A DNA stretch of 63,981 nt, filler included, from Thelocarpon superellum (Eukaryota), in NCBI GenBank assembly GCA_026025795.1. It is 4 parts of 4 records of this genome, joined end to end, with 100 filler letters (N's around TTAATTAATTAA, not from the genome) between each part and the next. Parts side by side here need not be neighbours in the genome. Positions count along the whole stretch, not along the records: positions 35,448 to 52,902 come from JAPEUG010000373.1; positions 53,003 to 63,981 come from JAPEUG010000513.1; 2 more parts are not named here. One strand, 5' to 3'. Below, one piece after another: positions 49,086-61,931 of the stretch. The notes under the pieces were generated by a model. The model did no database searches. It was not told where the DNA came from and saw nothing but the letters and a program-made list of their open reading frames with translations. A program made the position numbers and the translations under genes. Numbering within the stretch: the stretch's first letter is position 1; every line of letters starts with the position of its first letter.

Positions 49086-50366
49086 ATGGCTGTCGCCGGA
49101 CAACGTTTCGAGCTGGACGTCTCGTCGGATGCCTCGGAGGATGTGCACCTGGACCGCTCGACCTCGATGCTTGGTGTCGCGCCAAATCTCCTGGCCGACG
49201 TTAAGGAGCATGTACCAGCAGCTCTGACCATGCCCCCATCAGCCCCATCGCAGAAGCATGCCGGCACAGGCTTTCCCGCTCACCGGAAGCGGACGACGAC
49301 GTCGAAATTTAAGCAGCAGCGAGCATCTGAGGCCCCATCGAAGGACTCGTCGATGCTTGGCCGGGATGACTCGTCAGCCGCTGTCCAGGATCCAAAGCTT
49401 GAAGCTGCAGGTGGCAACGAGCAAATGCAGATCGACGAGGAGAACAGGCAGAAAATTGCGTCCATGTCGGAGGAAGAGATTCAGCGGGAGAGAGCAGACT
49501 TGTTGGCTGGTTTGACTCCGTCCTTGGTCGAGAGATTGTTGAGGCGGTCCACCATCGACGACCCTACAGATGCCTCCACCATGGGAACACCAGCGGATTC
49601 ACCAGACGCCGATGTTTCAAGCAGCCGACGGCCGACACAAGGACGTACCCATCCTGAGCAATCTCCTCGGCACCAAGACCAAGATCCAGACGCGGAGCCC
49701 ACCTTTCCCCCGGCAGACCTCACCCCGGCGTCCGGAGGAAAACCCCCCCCCCAACCGACCATCCACTTCCCTCGCCCCCCCAAGCCACCAGAACTAGACC
49801 CCTCATCGCCTTCATTTCTCGAAGCCCTGCATGAGAACTACTTCCCAAACCTCTCCCCCGACCCGTCACGCCTAGCTTGGATGGCCCCCCTCCCGACCGA
49901 TAGCTCGCCAGCGGACCAAACATCCCCCTACTCCCCCACGCAAGACTCGCTCGCACCGTCCACCCTCCGCTTCGACTTCCGCGGCGCCCTCCTCGCACCA
50001 CGTACCGCGCGCGCCGTCCCCGTCACCAAAGGGCTGCACCACCACGGCGAAGCACCCGAAGCAGCGGGCTACACAATCCCCGAGCTCTCGCGGCTCGCGC
50101 GCAGCGCCTTCGCCGCACAGCGATGCATGGCGTTCCAGACGCTGGGCCGCCTTCTCTATCGGCTCGGGAAAGGATATTTGGGCGACGAGGGCAGTGATTT
50201 GGTCATGGGCTTGTGGCGGTGCGTTGAGGAGGGCCGCATTGTCGAGGTGCTCCAGGCTGAGGCGACGCGCGAGGACGGACAGGGCCATCTGAGCGCGAAG
50301 ACGTACGCCACTGAAGCCGTGTGGAACTGGCAGCGTGGCGGCGGGAAGCGGTGGAAGGCCAAGTAG
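49086..50366 (+). CDS. RBA50: RNA polymerase II assembly factor Rba50/RPAP1
   Basis: RPAP1_N segment IDEENRQKIASMSEEEIQRERADLL and RPAP1_C segment RFDFRG...GLHHHGEAPEAAGYTIPELSRLARS. Confidence 0.9.
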   Translation: MAVAGQRFELDVSSDASEDVHLDRSTSMLGVAPNLLADVKEHVPAALTMPPSAPSQKHAGTGFPAHRKRTTTSKFKQQRASEAPSKDSSMLGRDDSSAAVQDPKLEAAGGNEQMQIDEENRQKIASMSEEEIQRERADLLAGLTPSLVERLLRRSTIDDPTDASTMGTPADSPDADVSSSRRPTQGRTHPEQSPRHQDQDPDAEPTFPPADLTPASGGKPPPQPTIHFPRPPKPPELDPSSPSFLEALHENYFPNLSPDPSRLAWMAPLPTDSSPADQTSPYSPTQDSLAPSTLRFDFRGALLAPRTARAVPVTKGLHHHGEAPEAAGYTIPELSRLARSAFAAQRCMAFQTLGRLLYRLGKGYLGDEGSDLVMGLWRCVEEGRIVEVLQAEATREDGQGHLSAKTYATEAVWNWQRGGGKRWKAK

Positions 50367-50555
50367 ATATGAGACGGCGAGGGAGAGGGGAAGGAGGAGC
50401 GAATTGTGATTGTGGAGATATTACTAAACCGTCCGACTACGATACACCAATTGTTGACCGTTCCACCACTACCCCAACCATGAGACGAACAGGTGTGGAA
50501 ATGCGATGGGCGATTTTCGAGGAAGCGCCCAACTCCCGACGGGACCTCCTCGCTG

Positions 50556-51943
50556 TCATTGTTCCCTCTTGGCCGGCAGACCATCCACGATCCCGACCGT
50601 GCGCGCCAAGATATCCGCGAGTGCCACGCCCGGCCCGCCGGGGACGAGATCAGTCCATACGTCCGTAGGGAGACGATCTTCGGGCGCCAAGACGGACCAA
50701 TTGGGACTGTGTTCGGCTTTAAGCCACTTGAAGTCGTCGACTTGGTCCCAGTGATTCGACAGCGGTTTCTCCGCCGCGGTCACCTGGTGCGTGGCGAGAG
50801 TTAGTGGTGGGATGGGGGAAGCAGGAAGGAGGAAGGAGGAAGGGGAGAGGAGGTGGGAAAGGTCCCTTACGTGATGGCTGGGGATCGGGGCGAAGCGGAT
50901 GCCCGTGCAATCTTCGATGATGGGACGAGAAGCACACAGAAGGTAGACGTCGACATTGTGGCACTCATGCATCCGGAACTGTCGGCATGCTACTACCACG
51001 ATGCTGTGCTCTACACCCGTCACGTGCGCCGGTCCGGTGACGTGGCCGCAGATGATCAGCGAGTCGCGCACGGACCGGAGTACCAAGCCGGCAAAGGGAT
51101 GTCCCGTGGCCGTGGGACTGGCCATATCAATGACGCAGCGGCGAATGGACGTGACGGAGCTCGAGGACGTGGCATTGGAGGCTGAGGTGGGTAGGATGAT
51201 ATGGACGTCCTTGTGGTTCGACATGACGACGCTATTGGATTTGGAGAAGCTAGGCTTTCGGATGGCTGCACTCTGCGAGCTCAACAGAGTCGGGTCCTTG
51301 GTCTCGCCGTCGTTGAGTTCGCTTGGGGGAGATCGGAGAATGGGCGTAGGGGCAAAAGAGGACTCGTTCGAGGACGAGACATTGGACGGATTGCCCGGGA
51401 CCTTCAGCCGTTGTGCTTTGGCCATCTCGGCCGCGTCCTGCAGTGAGATGGCGGAGTTGTTCTTCCGCGTCTTGAAGGAGAACTTGGGCTTGGGCGCAAA
51501 TGTGGCGCGGGTCTCCTGGAGCTTCTCGGACAACGCTTTGATGGCCTAGCATATTCTGATCAGAGCGGGTCACCTCGACGCCCCGCGCCCGTCTGGGGCT
51601 TGCATACTGTGGAATAGGTCCGCTGGTCGTAGGCTGGTAGATAGCTTGATGCGTCTTTGACCTCGCTGGAGAGACGGGCGATGCCGGCCAGGCAATGGTC
51701 CACGGCGTCGGCCCGCTCGCCGCCCACCATAGCCGTAGTCTCAAAGCGGTCCATCTGGTCTTGCAGTGCTTTTCGCGGCGGCCCATCGTCAGCACTCGAC
51801 CCACGAACAGTGGTCGAGAGGGTGACGATGAAAATGTCGACCTTACCTGTGGCTTCATGTTGGAAATAGCGGAAAAAACGGTCATTTTGGGCAGAGTCTG
51901 ACGTCGCCCCCGCATCTGAGGTTTTGGGTGTCATGGTTGGCAT
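50556..51943 (-). CDS. TBCC: Tubulin-folding cofactor C (TBCC/Cin2)
   Basis: VKDASSYLPAYDQRTYS, APKPKFSFK, VACRQFRMHECHNVDVYL...SRPIIEDC...IRFAP, NHWDQVDDFKWLK. Three introns. Confidence 0.9.
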
Positions 51944-52902
51944 GGGACGGGACTCTGATGCCGGGCGGCGATGAGCGATGTCTGATGCGATCGCGCGAGC
52001 TGCGCGGGGCAGCTGCAGACGTGCAAGATGTAAACGTCTGGGCAACAAAAATACCCACGATATCGACGAGGTCAGGGCGAACAGATGAGGAGGAGCAAAG
52101 TGCTAGACCCAATGGGCAAGGCCGCATGGTGGCAGACGGTAACCCACGGAAGCGCCGGGGTCAGGTCAAGCCTTCGGCCAGCGGATCCGGAGCTCCTGGC
52201 CCACATATCTGGCGGGGTTCGTTGGCTCGGGCCTAATGCAAACGATGGAGGGGTCAGATCGAAACCGGAAGCCGAGCGAGGGTCCATGATTGTGGGGTAC
52301 GAGTACGACGAGCTATAGTGAGGGCTCTGCCTACTAGTAGTACTAGTAGAGGTGTGTTACTGGTAACAAGTAGGCAATGGGGCGAGGCACGTTCAATCAC
52401 CCTCGCCTCGCTTGGCTCGGGTGATTAAAGCAGCCCTGCTCACCTTTCCTCATGGATAATACGGGTTTTTTCCGACGGAAGATTCGGTCTGTACTCGGGT
52501 ACGAGTACCACGCGAATCTGCACGTCGCCCGCGACCTTCCCCCACCCTATTAAGTCTCACCCTCTCGCTGCTCTACTTACTGTGAGGCCGGGGACCTTGC
52601 GCCTCATGGTAGGGATTGGGGAAGTCAGGGGTGACCATGTGATAGCACCGTGACGTACCCACTGTATATAAGGTGAGTCGCGCAGCGAGCTAGCAGAGCT
52701 CCAGCGTTCAACTCAAGTAACTCGAGGAGGCCTGGAATATGTTACGAGTCCTATCGAGCCAGAACGTCAACTCCTACTAAAATAGTATTTTGACTTCAAC
52801 TCTCCTTGTACCTGCAATTGTGTTGTCCACATGTACTTAATCCCTGGCCTTGTTGGATGTCTGTGCCGAAAACCGGGAGCTGAAACAGTCTTTGTCAAAC
52901 TT

Positions 52903-53002
52903 NNNNNNNNNNNNNNNNNNNNNNNNNNNNNNNNNNNNNNNNNNNNTTAATTAATTAANNNNNNNNNNNNNNNNNNNNNNNNNNNNNNNNNNNNNNNNNN
53001 NN
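52903..53002. other. Artificial contig spacer
   Basis: N44-TTAATTAATTAA-N44. Confidence 0.98.
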
Positions 53003-53021
53003 ACAGACGACTCCCGGCAAG

Positions 53022-54548
53022 ATGCGGACATCGCGCATCGCCCGAGAAACGTCCAAAGTCAGCCAAACGATCCGCGCTCGAGTGTCTGAGAAATCGGCAA
53101 CGGCAGGCAAGACGACGCGGCAGACGCGATCGTTCGCCAACCAATTAAGCCGGTACGCATCTCGAGACCCTCACGCCGCTTCTAAGATCAAGATCGAGAC
53201 GGAGGGGAAGGAAGAGGTAAAGGAAGAGAAGGAGGGTTCTAAATCGTCCCTGAGATCCCCATCCAGCACTTCAACAGAGGACAATGAAGCGACGGTGCCG
53301 GCGGCAATATCGGCATCATCTGTCTCCCTGAAACGAAAGCGCGGAGTCGATGCCCCTCCCACGCCTCTGACGACACCGTCGACAGTCTCGCGCGCTCAAT
53401 CCTCTGTGCGCGGCGGCGAGGGCGAGGATGAGAAGACCCTCCCTCGTCGAAGTAGCGGACGCCCCAACCGTGTACCGGCACGCGAACGACGCCCGGCGCG
53501 CAACGTGACGAGAGCAGACGGCGAGGTGGAAGTGCAGGCGCCGCTCTACTGGGAGGAGGTCTACGAGACGGTGACGGAGATGCGCAAACACCTCCTTGCC
53601 CCCGTGGATACGATGGGATGTGAGACGCTGGCACAAGAGAACATCAGCCCGAGGGTGAGTTTCCTCTCCCTCCTTCCTCCCGTCCAGTCCTAACAGAACC
53701 TCCCCCTCGTGCAGGACAAACGCTTTCAGACGCTTATAGCGCTGATGCTCTCGTCGCAAACGAAAGACACCACGACAGCCGCGGCCATCCGAGCGCTGCA
53801 GACGACGCTGCCGGCGCCGGGGCTGACTCTGGAAAACATCCTTGCGGTGGAGCCGACGCAGCTCAACCAGCTGATCGGCAGCGTGGGCTTCCACAACATC
53901 AAAACGGGCAACATCAAGCGCGTGGCGACGATCCTCGCGACGGGGCACTCGAGCGACATCCCCTCCACCCTGTCGGGCCTGCTGGCCCTCCCCGGCGTCG
54001 GGCCCAAAATGGCCCATCTCTGCCTCTCCGCCGCCTGGGGCCGTACCGAGGGCATCGGCGTCGACGTGCACGTGCACCGCATCACGAACTTGTGGGGATG
54101 GCACCGCACGCGCGATCCAGAGGGCACCAGGGCCGCGCTGGAATCCTGGCTGCCCCGCGAGAAGTGGCACGAGATCAATCGCCTCTTGGTCGGCTTCGGC
54201 CAGACGCTGTGTAAACCGGTGAAGAGGGAGTGCTGGCGCTGCGACGTCGGTGCCAAGGGCCTGTGTCCCGGTATGGTCAGGGGGTCCGGGCCGTCGCCGC
54301 GGACGACGAAGGTGAAGAAGGAGGAGGCGGTGGTGAAGGAAGAGATGAGGATGAGGGAGGAAGGCGAGGAGGAGATCACGACGAGGATGATCAAGCGGGA
54401 AGAAGCGGAAGAAGCGGAACCGGAAATCAAGATGCAGGACATGGAGGACATAGGACCCACCTTGGAGACCTCCCCTACCACTGCCGCCACTGAGGTCACC
54501 ACGAAGGCGAGAAGGGTGAGCGGCAGGAGGAGGATGGTATCTCGTTGA
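53022..54548 (+). CDS. NTH1: Endonuclease III-like DNA glycosylase/AP lyase
   Basis: [17 protein letters not shown], HhH motif [20 protein letters not shown] and the [4Fe-4S] motif C-X6-C-X2-C-X7-C. One intron. Confidence 0.94.
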
Positions 54549-54916
54549 CAGAGATCACGTTCCGATGGATCGATGGTTCAGATATATGGATCGATAGATG
54601 GCTAGGTATATAGGATGGTGTGTGGATAGAGACACAAGCAATCAAATGAATATCAAACAGTCAAGCAAGCAGGCTAACTAGATACAAAACATGCTAAATC
54701 GACATCAAAACGCAAGCTCAAGCACAAGCACGAGCACGTCTCTTGAAGGGAATTTGAAGACGGGCAAGCGGACGGCTGAAGCGTACAGTAGACCGAATCA
54801 CACGCATCGCGTCGCACAGGGATCGACTCAACGTTGCGAGGAGTGTTGGGACGCAATGCTGGATCCAGGCGGTAGAATATATGGCGCAGGGGTGGGATCG
54901 GTGGAATTGGTGGGAT

Positions 54917-54971
54917 GATGGTAGCGTAGATGGTAGCGTAGATGGTAGCGTAGATGGTAACGTAGATGGTA
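54917..54971. repeat. 12-bp tandem repeat (GATGGTAGCGTA) x ~4.5
   Basis: Directly visible between the convergent 3' ends of NTH1 and the Ub-AN1 gene. Confidence 0.9.
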
Positions 54972-55043
54972 TGGTGATGGATGGCGCGGAATGAATGATC
55001 ATGGGGTGCCTCTTCCTCCTCCTCCTCCTCTCCCAACCGCTCC

Positions 55044-55663
55044 TTAGATCCCCTTGATGACCGTCGTTCGTTCCGAGATCAGCTTGTTCGCGTTGGCATC
55101 ATGGGACTCTCGCTTGCACTGTGTCACCCGTCAGCACCCTTGTCTTTCAATCAACCAGTATCCATGTCGGTCATGACTTACGTCTTCCAAGCCATCACAT
55201 TTATGATCCTCCAGTAATCGGTGCTTGCCGCAGAAATGCCCCCCACAGAACCCACAGTCCCCCACGATTCGCTGCGCCCCGTCCTTGCAGTCCTTAAAGG
55301 TACATCGTTGTTTCTTGGGTGGCATCCCGCCGCGCAGGGGCAAGGCCAGATGTAAGGTCGACTCGCGTTGGATCGAGTAATCTGCGAGAGACGCCGTGGG
55401 CGAGGACAGGTGCTTTCCGGCGAAGACGAGTCGGAGATCTGACGTGGGGACGGAAGATCGGACGGAGAGAAGAGTAAGGAGGGTGGAAATGGTCAGATCG
55501 GGTGAGACGGTTATGCTGATGGCTAAGGACATTTAGTGACGTTCTGCAGCGTCTACCTGCGGCATTCCGTCGACTCACTTTCGCCAGCTAGGCTTTTGAC
55601 GAAGATCTGAATGGTCTCTTCTGGAACCGGCGAGCTCGAAGGTGAGGTACTAGAGACGCGCAT
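55044..55663 (-). CDS. Ubiquitin-like domain plus AN1-type zinc finger protein
   Basis: IQIFVKSLAGE...DLRLVFAGKHL...STLHLALPLRGG followed by CTFKDC...CGFCGGHFCGKHRLLEDHKC. Two introns. Confidence 0.88.
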
Positions 55664-58600
55664 GGTGGGAGAAGGGGGGTGGGAGGAAGGGGCCCCGAGG
55701 GAAGAGAGAGCGGGCGTGGCGAGGTGAGTCAGATAGACCGAGGCCTTTCTCACGAAGAGTAAATTTCTACGCGATGCAAATTCGATGGCACGCTTTTGGC
55801 TTCTAGGTCGAGCGAGGGTGGAGAGAGGAGTGGCAGTGGGGAAGAGGGAGGGATTGCGTGAGGTGGTGGTTGGGTAGGGCCACTTATAAATGCACTGGCC
55901 GTATGAGGAGGACGGAAGTGGTCCGATGACGGCCCGGGGTGCAAAGCGTGCGAACTAGGAGCGTCCCGCAAGGCACGAGTAACATCCACTAATCGCCTTC
56001 CATGGCCATGGCAGAGGGCGGATAAGGCTGCCCGGTCTTGTCTCTCCCTCTTTGTACGCCTCCTGTCTCGTGGACGGGTGGTGGCGCCGGCGAACGAGTC
56101 AGGTCCACGCCATGCCAGGCCCGGGGGCAAGAGGGCGGGTAGGGAGAAATGAGCAGGGCGAGTCTGGGCTCTTGCGCGGAATCACGCACATGGCCTAGGT
56201 TGCCTATCGACACGATACCCAGGGGTGGAGTACCGGCACGGAAGGATGACTGGTGGCGCGGGCGGTGGCGGCATCTAGGTAATCATCTGGAACTCATCTG
56301 GCACCAAGGACTTCTCCGGAGGATCGTCGGATCAGTTAGGAAGACAGCGGATCGACGGCGCTGGCCATCGGCTGAGGGACCCAGACATAGGCTGGACCCA
56401 CGCCGCAACGCCGGAGACCGTGCGTGCGCGCGTGCATCTGACCTGCGGCCAGCGGCGTGCCTACGGGTAGTCGTACTCGTACGCGGACGCCCTTAAGCTC
56501 CGTCTTCCTTCCAACGACGACGAGCAACCTGACCTGAGGTAAAGCCAGACGGCTGCCGTACCGTACGTCCTACCGTGTACGACTACAGTACCTCGCACCT
56601 CTCGTGTGATGTAGCGTGGACCGGCCGAGGCCGCGAGCGGGATTCGTAAGTCCCAGGCTACCGGCAGCTAACCACCAAGCTACGTTGGCCCCGAGACATG
56701 AGACTGGGGGGCGGTGGGAGCGAGTCAGTGGAGGCACCCTGAGCGGGGAACTGTCTGGATGGGAGGGTGAGTACGAAGTACGTTGGATGGGCGTAGGCGT
56801 CGCGGGGGGTGGTCGTGCTCCGGGTGTGGACGTGCCTGGTTGGGTGTTTCCTGAGGGCGGAAATGCCTGCCTGCCCGACGGCCAGGCCATGAGGATCCGA
56901 TCGGTCCGGCCGTGGCGGCTGCTGACGCTGCACCATCATTTCCATGCCCGTGGACCAGCCCACCCAGCCAGGTAAAGCCACCGAACTCGCCAAGGCCCAA
57001 CACGCAGCTCCGCCTTGACGCCCACTCGTCATCGTGGTACAGGTCGTGACTGGGCACGAGCATCGGAGCTGCGACCCACAAGCAAGGTCCGAGTACGCCC
57101 CCCGTGCCCATCGTGCGAGTCATGCTGGTACCAAGTATCTCTCTCATGGGGTAAGCGGTCATGGCGGCGTTGGCCTAGAATCATCACTGCAGACGTAGAC
57201 TTCTGCCCTAGGCATACCGCCTCCGGCGCCAGCGCTGCTGTGAAGCAGGTCTGCATACACCTTGGCTGGCTCCCCCCTGATGACTCGTACATCCATCCAG
57301 TTGGCCCTGAGCTCGCCACCTTGGCTCACTCCCTATGGCTACGTAAGGACGAGACGGTCGGACGCATCCGACGTCGCCGGAGATCTTCGCCTGGCGTGCG
57401 AGTACTCGCACTCGGAGGAAAACCTGTGGAAAAGCATACGAGCGAGTGACGTCGATGCGTTGGCCGCACAAAGAGGAGGAATTTGGTCCGTCATCATGGA
57501 TTGAGCGCCTCGTTCACGAGATCCTGTCGACGCCCTAATGTTCCGCCACGCAAACGCATACGCATACGCACACAGTGGACGGGGAACATCCGGAACATCA
57601 GATCCACTTATTCTGATACATTTACACATGGCCCGGGTCTCTCCACCTCGTCGATCTAGAGCGTTAGCAGGATTCTAGATGCGATCGAGAAGGAGGGCCA
57701 GTATCGTACCACTAGTCGCAGGGGTGCGGGAAGCCACGCGACTAGAGAGATACATGTTAGGTAAATCAGGCTGCCCGGGAGGGAGGGGATCGGGCGGATC
57801 GACTTTATCGTGCAGCTTTCAGGCCGGTTCCATAGACACGGTTCGCTGCAGATCCACCCCAGCTTGACCCGCGACAAGGGAACCCCTTCTGACGAGATCC
57901 CACGGGCGACCAACCTTCTTAGCTTGGAGTAGGGGAGATGACTTTCCACGACAGTCGTCCACGACAGTGGTGGTTCCGCTAGTATGTGCCGACGCCTGGG
58001 TCTCCGAATACTCAGGCTTCGTACAAGTGGTCGAAATCATTTCTCGGAGACGGTGACCGGGTAGGCAGGTAACTTTAGAGTGTTCCGATCAGAGCGTGTG
58101 AGTGAAGAACAAGTCGGACACGCGAGAGCCAGGTCTGAAGGCTGTATCCCCCACAAGGGACAGGCATCATACCGAACAGCAAACCACCAAATCCCTTTTT
58201 GCCGGATCGGAAGCGAAGCACTGGGAGGAGAACATAACGAACACGCACATGTCGAGAAGATCAGTAGATTACAGCAACCACCTACAGGTACGGACTAGTA
58301 GTTCTTGCTTCATCCGAAGCCCTCCATCTACTCTACGCATGTCGGGCATCAAACCCTGTAGGAGACACGCACCTCACCCAACGACCAGGATGGAGAGGGA
58401 AGCAGGAAGAAAAGTGCGAGAAATTGTACAACGTTGGTGAGCTACACCCGGGCATGACCATTAGGAAAGACGTGGAGGTAGACGCATGTCTGCATCGCCT
58501 GGGCCTCCTCGCCTACAGGATCTTGCATAGTTGGCTGCACGCGTCCAGGCCTCGCCTTGTTCGCCTCTTTCGCCTTTTTCGCCTCTTCCTCGCTTCTCCC

Positions 58601-59504
58601 GAATCTTTCGCCTTCGCCTTTCGCCGCATATGCACTATTCCAGATTTGAAAGAGCATGAGTGTAGGGACCATGTGTACATCATCGACGTGCAGCCTACAT
58701 GCATGCACCATGCATCTCGCGTCCTCAGCCATGTGCTTGCAGACCCGAGCAGGCGTGTTCACAGGTGCTGCGCAGGAGGGAAGGCTGTCTGCCCCAGTCA
58801 CCAGGCAGGAGTTGAGGCAGCCGAACTCCACCCACCCAGGAAGAGCGTCACACACAGTCACCTCGCCATTCCGTATGACTGACTGAATGGCTGGTGTCCA
58901 TGTCAGATTGAAAGGGGTGGTCTTGATGGCGGAAACATGTCTCGTTGCGCCATAGCATTCACCCACTCATATCTACTAAACCCATACCAGAAAGACGGAA
59001 CGTGACGGTTGTCATTCCCCAGCTGTTCGCATGCATGTGCCCGTTGGTACCTGTACCCGGGCCTTGTCGTCACAGGTGTTCATTCTCGCTGCCTTGGCCC
59101 CCGGGGCCCGGGCCCGGCGTCCTTAGGCTCCACGTCATCAGCAGAAGAGATGCCGGATGAGGAAGTCAGAAGAAGCACGGGTGCACGAGCGTGTGGGTCC
59201 ATGTGCCAGTGTATCTAGGCTCCTCATCTGCATCTGCATCTGCACCGCGCCCAGGATGGTAGATGCATCGACACTTGGAGCTGGTGTCGGGTTGAGGTTC
59301 GTCTAGCCTCGTCGTCTTCAAATTCAGGTGGCTTGAACTCTTGAGATGCGCGTGCCGCGTATCAATATCAACGGGGAGATAGGACCATGCGAAGCCGAAA
59401 CTGAGTGCTCCACCAAAACGCCACTTTGTCATTGCCTCGTTGGCCTCGTCCATCTACACTCGCGCAACGAGAGAATCCCCCCCCCAAAGTCATTTCATTT
59501 CACT

Positions 59505-61426
59505 TCACGCTGCGCCTCCTTCGCCCGTCTCGGCTTTCCCTGCGTCAGGGTTCAGGTAATCCGCGTTCTCCGCCGCCTCGTATTCTGCAATCAGGTCCGT
59601 CACGACGGCTTTGGCTTCGTCGAATTCGCCTAGGCCATCGGAGAAGGGCGCTTCTTTCTTGTATTGTTCGAGGAAGGCGTTGCGTTTTCGGAGGCGGTCG
59701 TACTGCAGCACGATTCGTTTGAAGAGCTACGAGGGCTAGATGAGCCTTGGCTTTCGGGGCAGGCCAGGACGTATCGATCTGACGTACCGTGGCTATGCTG
59801 GTGTGGTTTGCCAGCATCAGTCCGCTGACCCGATGTGACATGGGCATGTATGGCGATTTCTTCGTTAGCGCTACCTGGATGCTGGCAGGGCCCCAGGGTA
59901 TGAAAGTCGCCAGGCGTCGTTCCCGGATACGGAGCAGTGATTTGTGCACCTGCGCATCTTCGTCAGTCACTGTCTTCTTCCGGCCCTTTGCAACCTACAT
60001 CATTCGGATCCGCCTCGCCTTGGATGATGTTGAGGATGGAAACGTAACAGCTCTTTTTGCTCGGGTTGGTCGACACCATCCGGTTCTTCGGCTGCAGTAG
60101 TCGGCGCATCACGTCCAAGACCGTCGTCTTCCGCACCGTCTTGGCTTGTTCAAGATTGTCGCCGGTGAAGGGCGTGTATGAGGTCATGAGGAAGTGGCAG
60201 CGCGGGGTAGGGATGAGGGACGCCACGATGCCCACCAGGTCGTTGTGCATGTACCCTGGATAACGAAGCGTCGTGGTGCTCGCCGACATGACCGTCGATA
60301 CCTGGAGGCGTCAGCGGGAGCGACCTCCGGGACGTGTACCTGCATACCAACTGATTCGTCTGCTGGAACGATGGCTCTTGCACATGTAATCGATCCGCCG
60401 CAATTCTCGACAGTGCCCCATTGTCCAGAACGACCTGCGGGGTCAGCCGAGATCATGCTGCATTGTGCGTTCTACGGTCCAAGGAACATACCACCGAATC
60501 CGCGTTTTGCGTCAGCCGTCTCATGGCCAACAGGCTGTTGTAGGGGTGGACGACGACGTCGCCTGCACTCTGTGTATCCGGAAATACCGAATACGTCTGG
60601 ATCAGCTTCTTGGGAAAGCGATCGTTGAGTCGTTCCAGCAAGAAGGAGCCCAGGCCGGATCCAGTCCCACCAGCAATGGAATGCAGTAACATGAAGCCCT
60701 GTGCTGGGTTAAGCTCGGAATGGACGCCTGGACGCGTGGACGCAAGGCCGTGTCGCATACCTCCAAGGAATCGCTCCCGTCTGCCTCTCGATCGATCATT
60801 TCCATCACCTCCTCATGTACGCTCTCGCCCGTCGCGTATCCCGCCGCCCAATTGTTGCCTGCCCCGATCCCATCTTTCCCCACGTAGAAATTCTCGGGGT
60901 TGTAAATGTTCTTGTAGGCGCCGGTCTGGATGCCATTGATGACCTAGACGGAGCATCAGCCGGAGCATGTTCTCATGTTCTCGTCAAGACCATCTCCCTA
61001 CCCTAGGCTCGAGATCAAGAAGGATGGCGCGCGGGATGTACCGGGTATCATCTGACTGGATATGGTCGTCAGCGAGGATTGTCGCGGGGTGGTTGGCCCG
61101 TTGGGTCGGCGGGCCAGCGCGCGGAACATACCTGGTAGAAGAAGACATCCTTGCGGTCCCCGCCCTCCGTGGCAAAATCTTCTAGATTTCCATCTTGGCT
61201 TATGCCGTGCTCCTGGCAGAGCTGTTGCCAGAATTGACTGCCCACTGCGGGAACTACATCAGCGGGTGCAGCCCACACAAGCGCGTCGAACGCCCAGCGT
61301 GACGCGCCCCCCTCAACGCGCCCTACGTACCGCTGTTTCCGCACTGGCCCGCCTGGATGGTGATGATCTCCCTGCAGTCATGTCAGAGCCGAAAGGCAAC
61401 ATTGGCACCGGCGCCTACCGCGGCAT
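59505..61426 (-). CDS. mipA: Gamma-tubulin
   Basis: [63 protein letters not shown]. Multiple short introns. Confidence 0.97.
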
Positions 61427-61931
61427 TATGAGGGCATGGTCCGTCGAAATCGGTTGGATGGGCTGCCACTTGTCGCTCGTCGGGCGAGGGCGAGGGCGAG
61501 AGCGGGAGGCGTAGCGACGGCGACGCTCGGCTTCGCGATTTGCGAGTGGCGGCACTGTCCCTGGCTTGTCTACATATGCAAGACACCAATCCTGGCCACA
61601 AGAACCTCCCGTTCGACAACGCACGATCAAGGTTGTCCTACTACCCGCGTAACGCGGCAGCGCCTTGACGTCATGCTAGCTGGCAGTGAGCCACGAGGGT
61701 CATCTGAAAATATACGTGCTGATCATCGTCGTCCATCGTGTGCGTGATCGCGACAGGATAAGATTAAGAACAGATGTGCATTGTAGAGATGAATCAGCGC
61801 CTGTTTATCCCATTTTCCAGGTACGCTATTATACGAGGACTCATCTAGCCTCGCCCCGCACCGTTTCCCATATGATCAATTACAGTGGAGCGTTATCAGA
61901 GTGCCGCCGAACACAGCCACAGGCAAAGCCG

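Noticed and set aside
54917..54971. Tandem repeats as a CRISPR-like array
   Set aside because: Contiguous units with no spacers, eukaryotic context; a simple minisatellite.
55750..59450. Numerous short ORFs in the long intergenic region
   Set aside because: No recognisable motifs, coherent exon chains or RNA structure found by eye.
50556..61426. TBCC and gamma-tubulin as a microtubule gene cluster
   Set aside because: They are separated by an artificial spacer and lie on different contigs.
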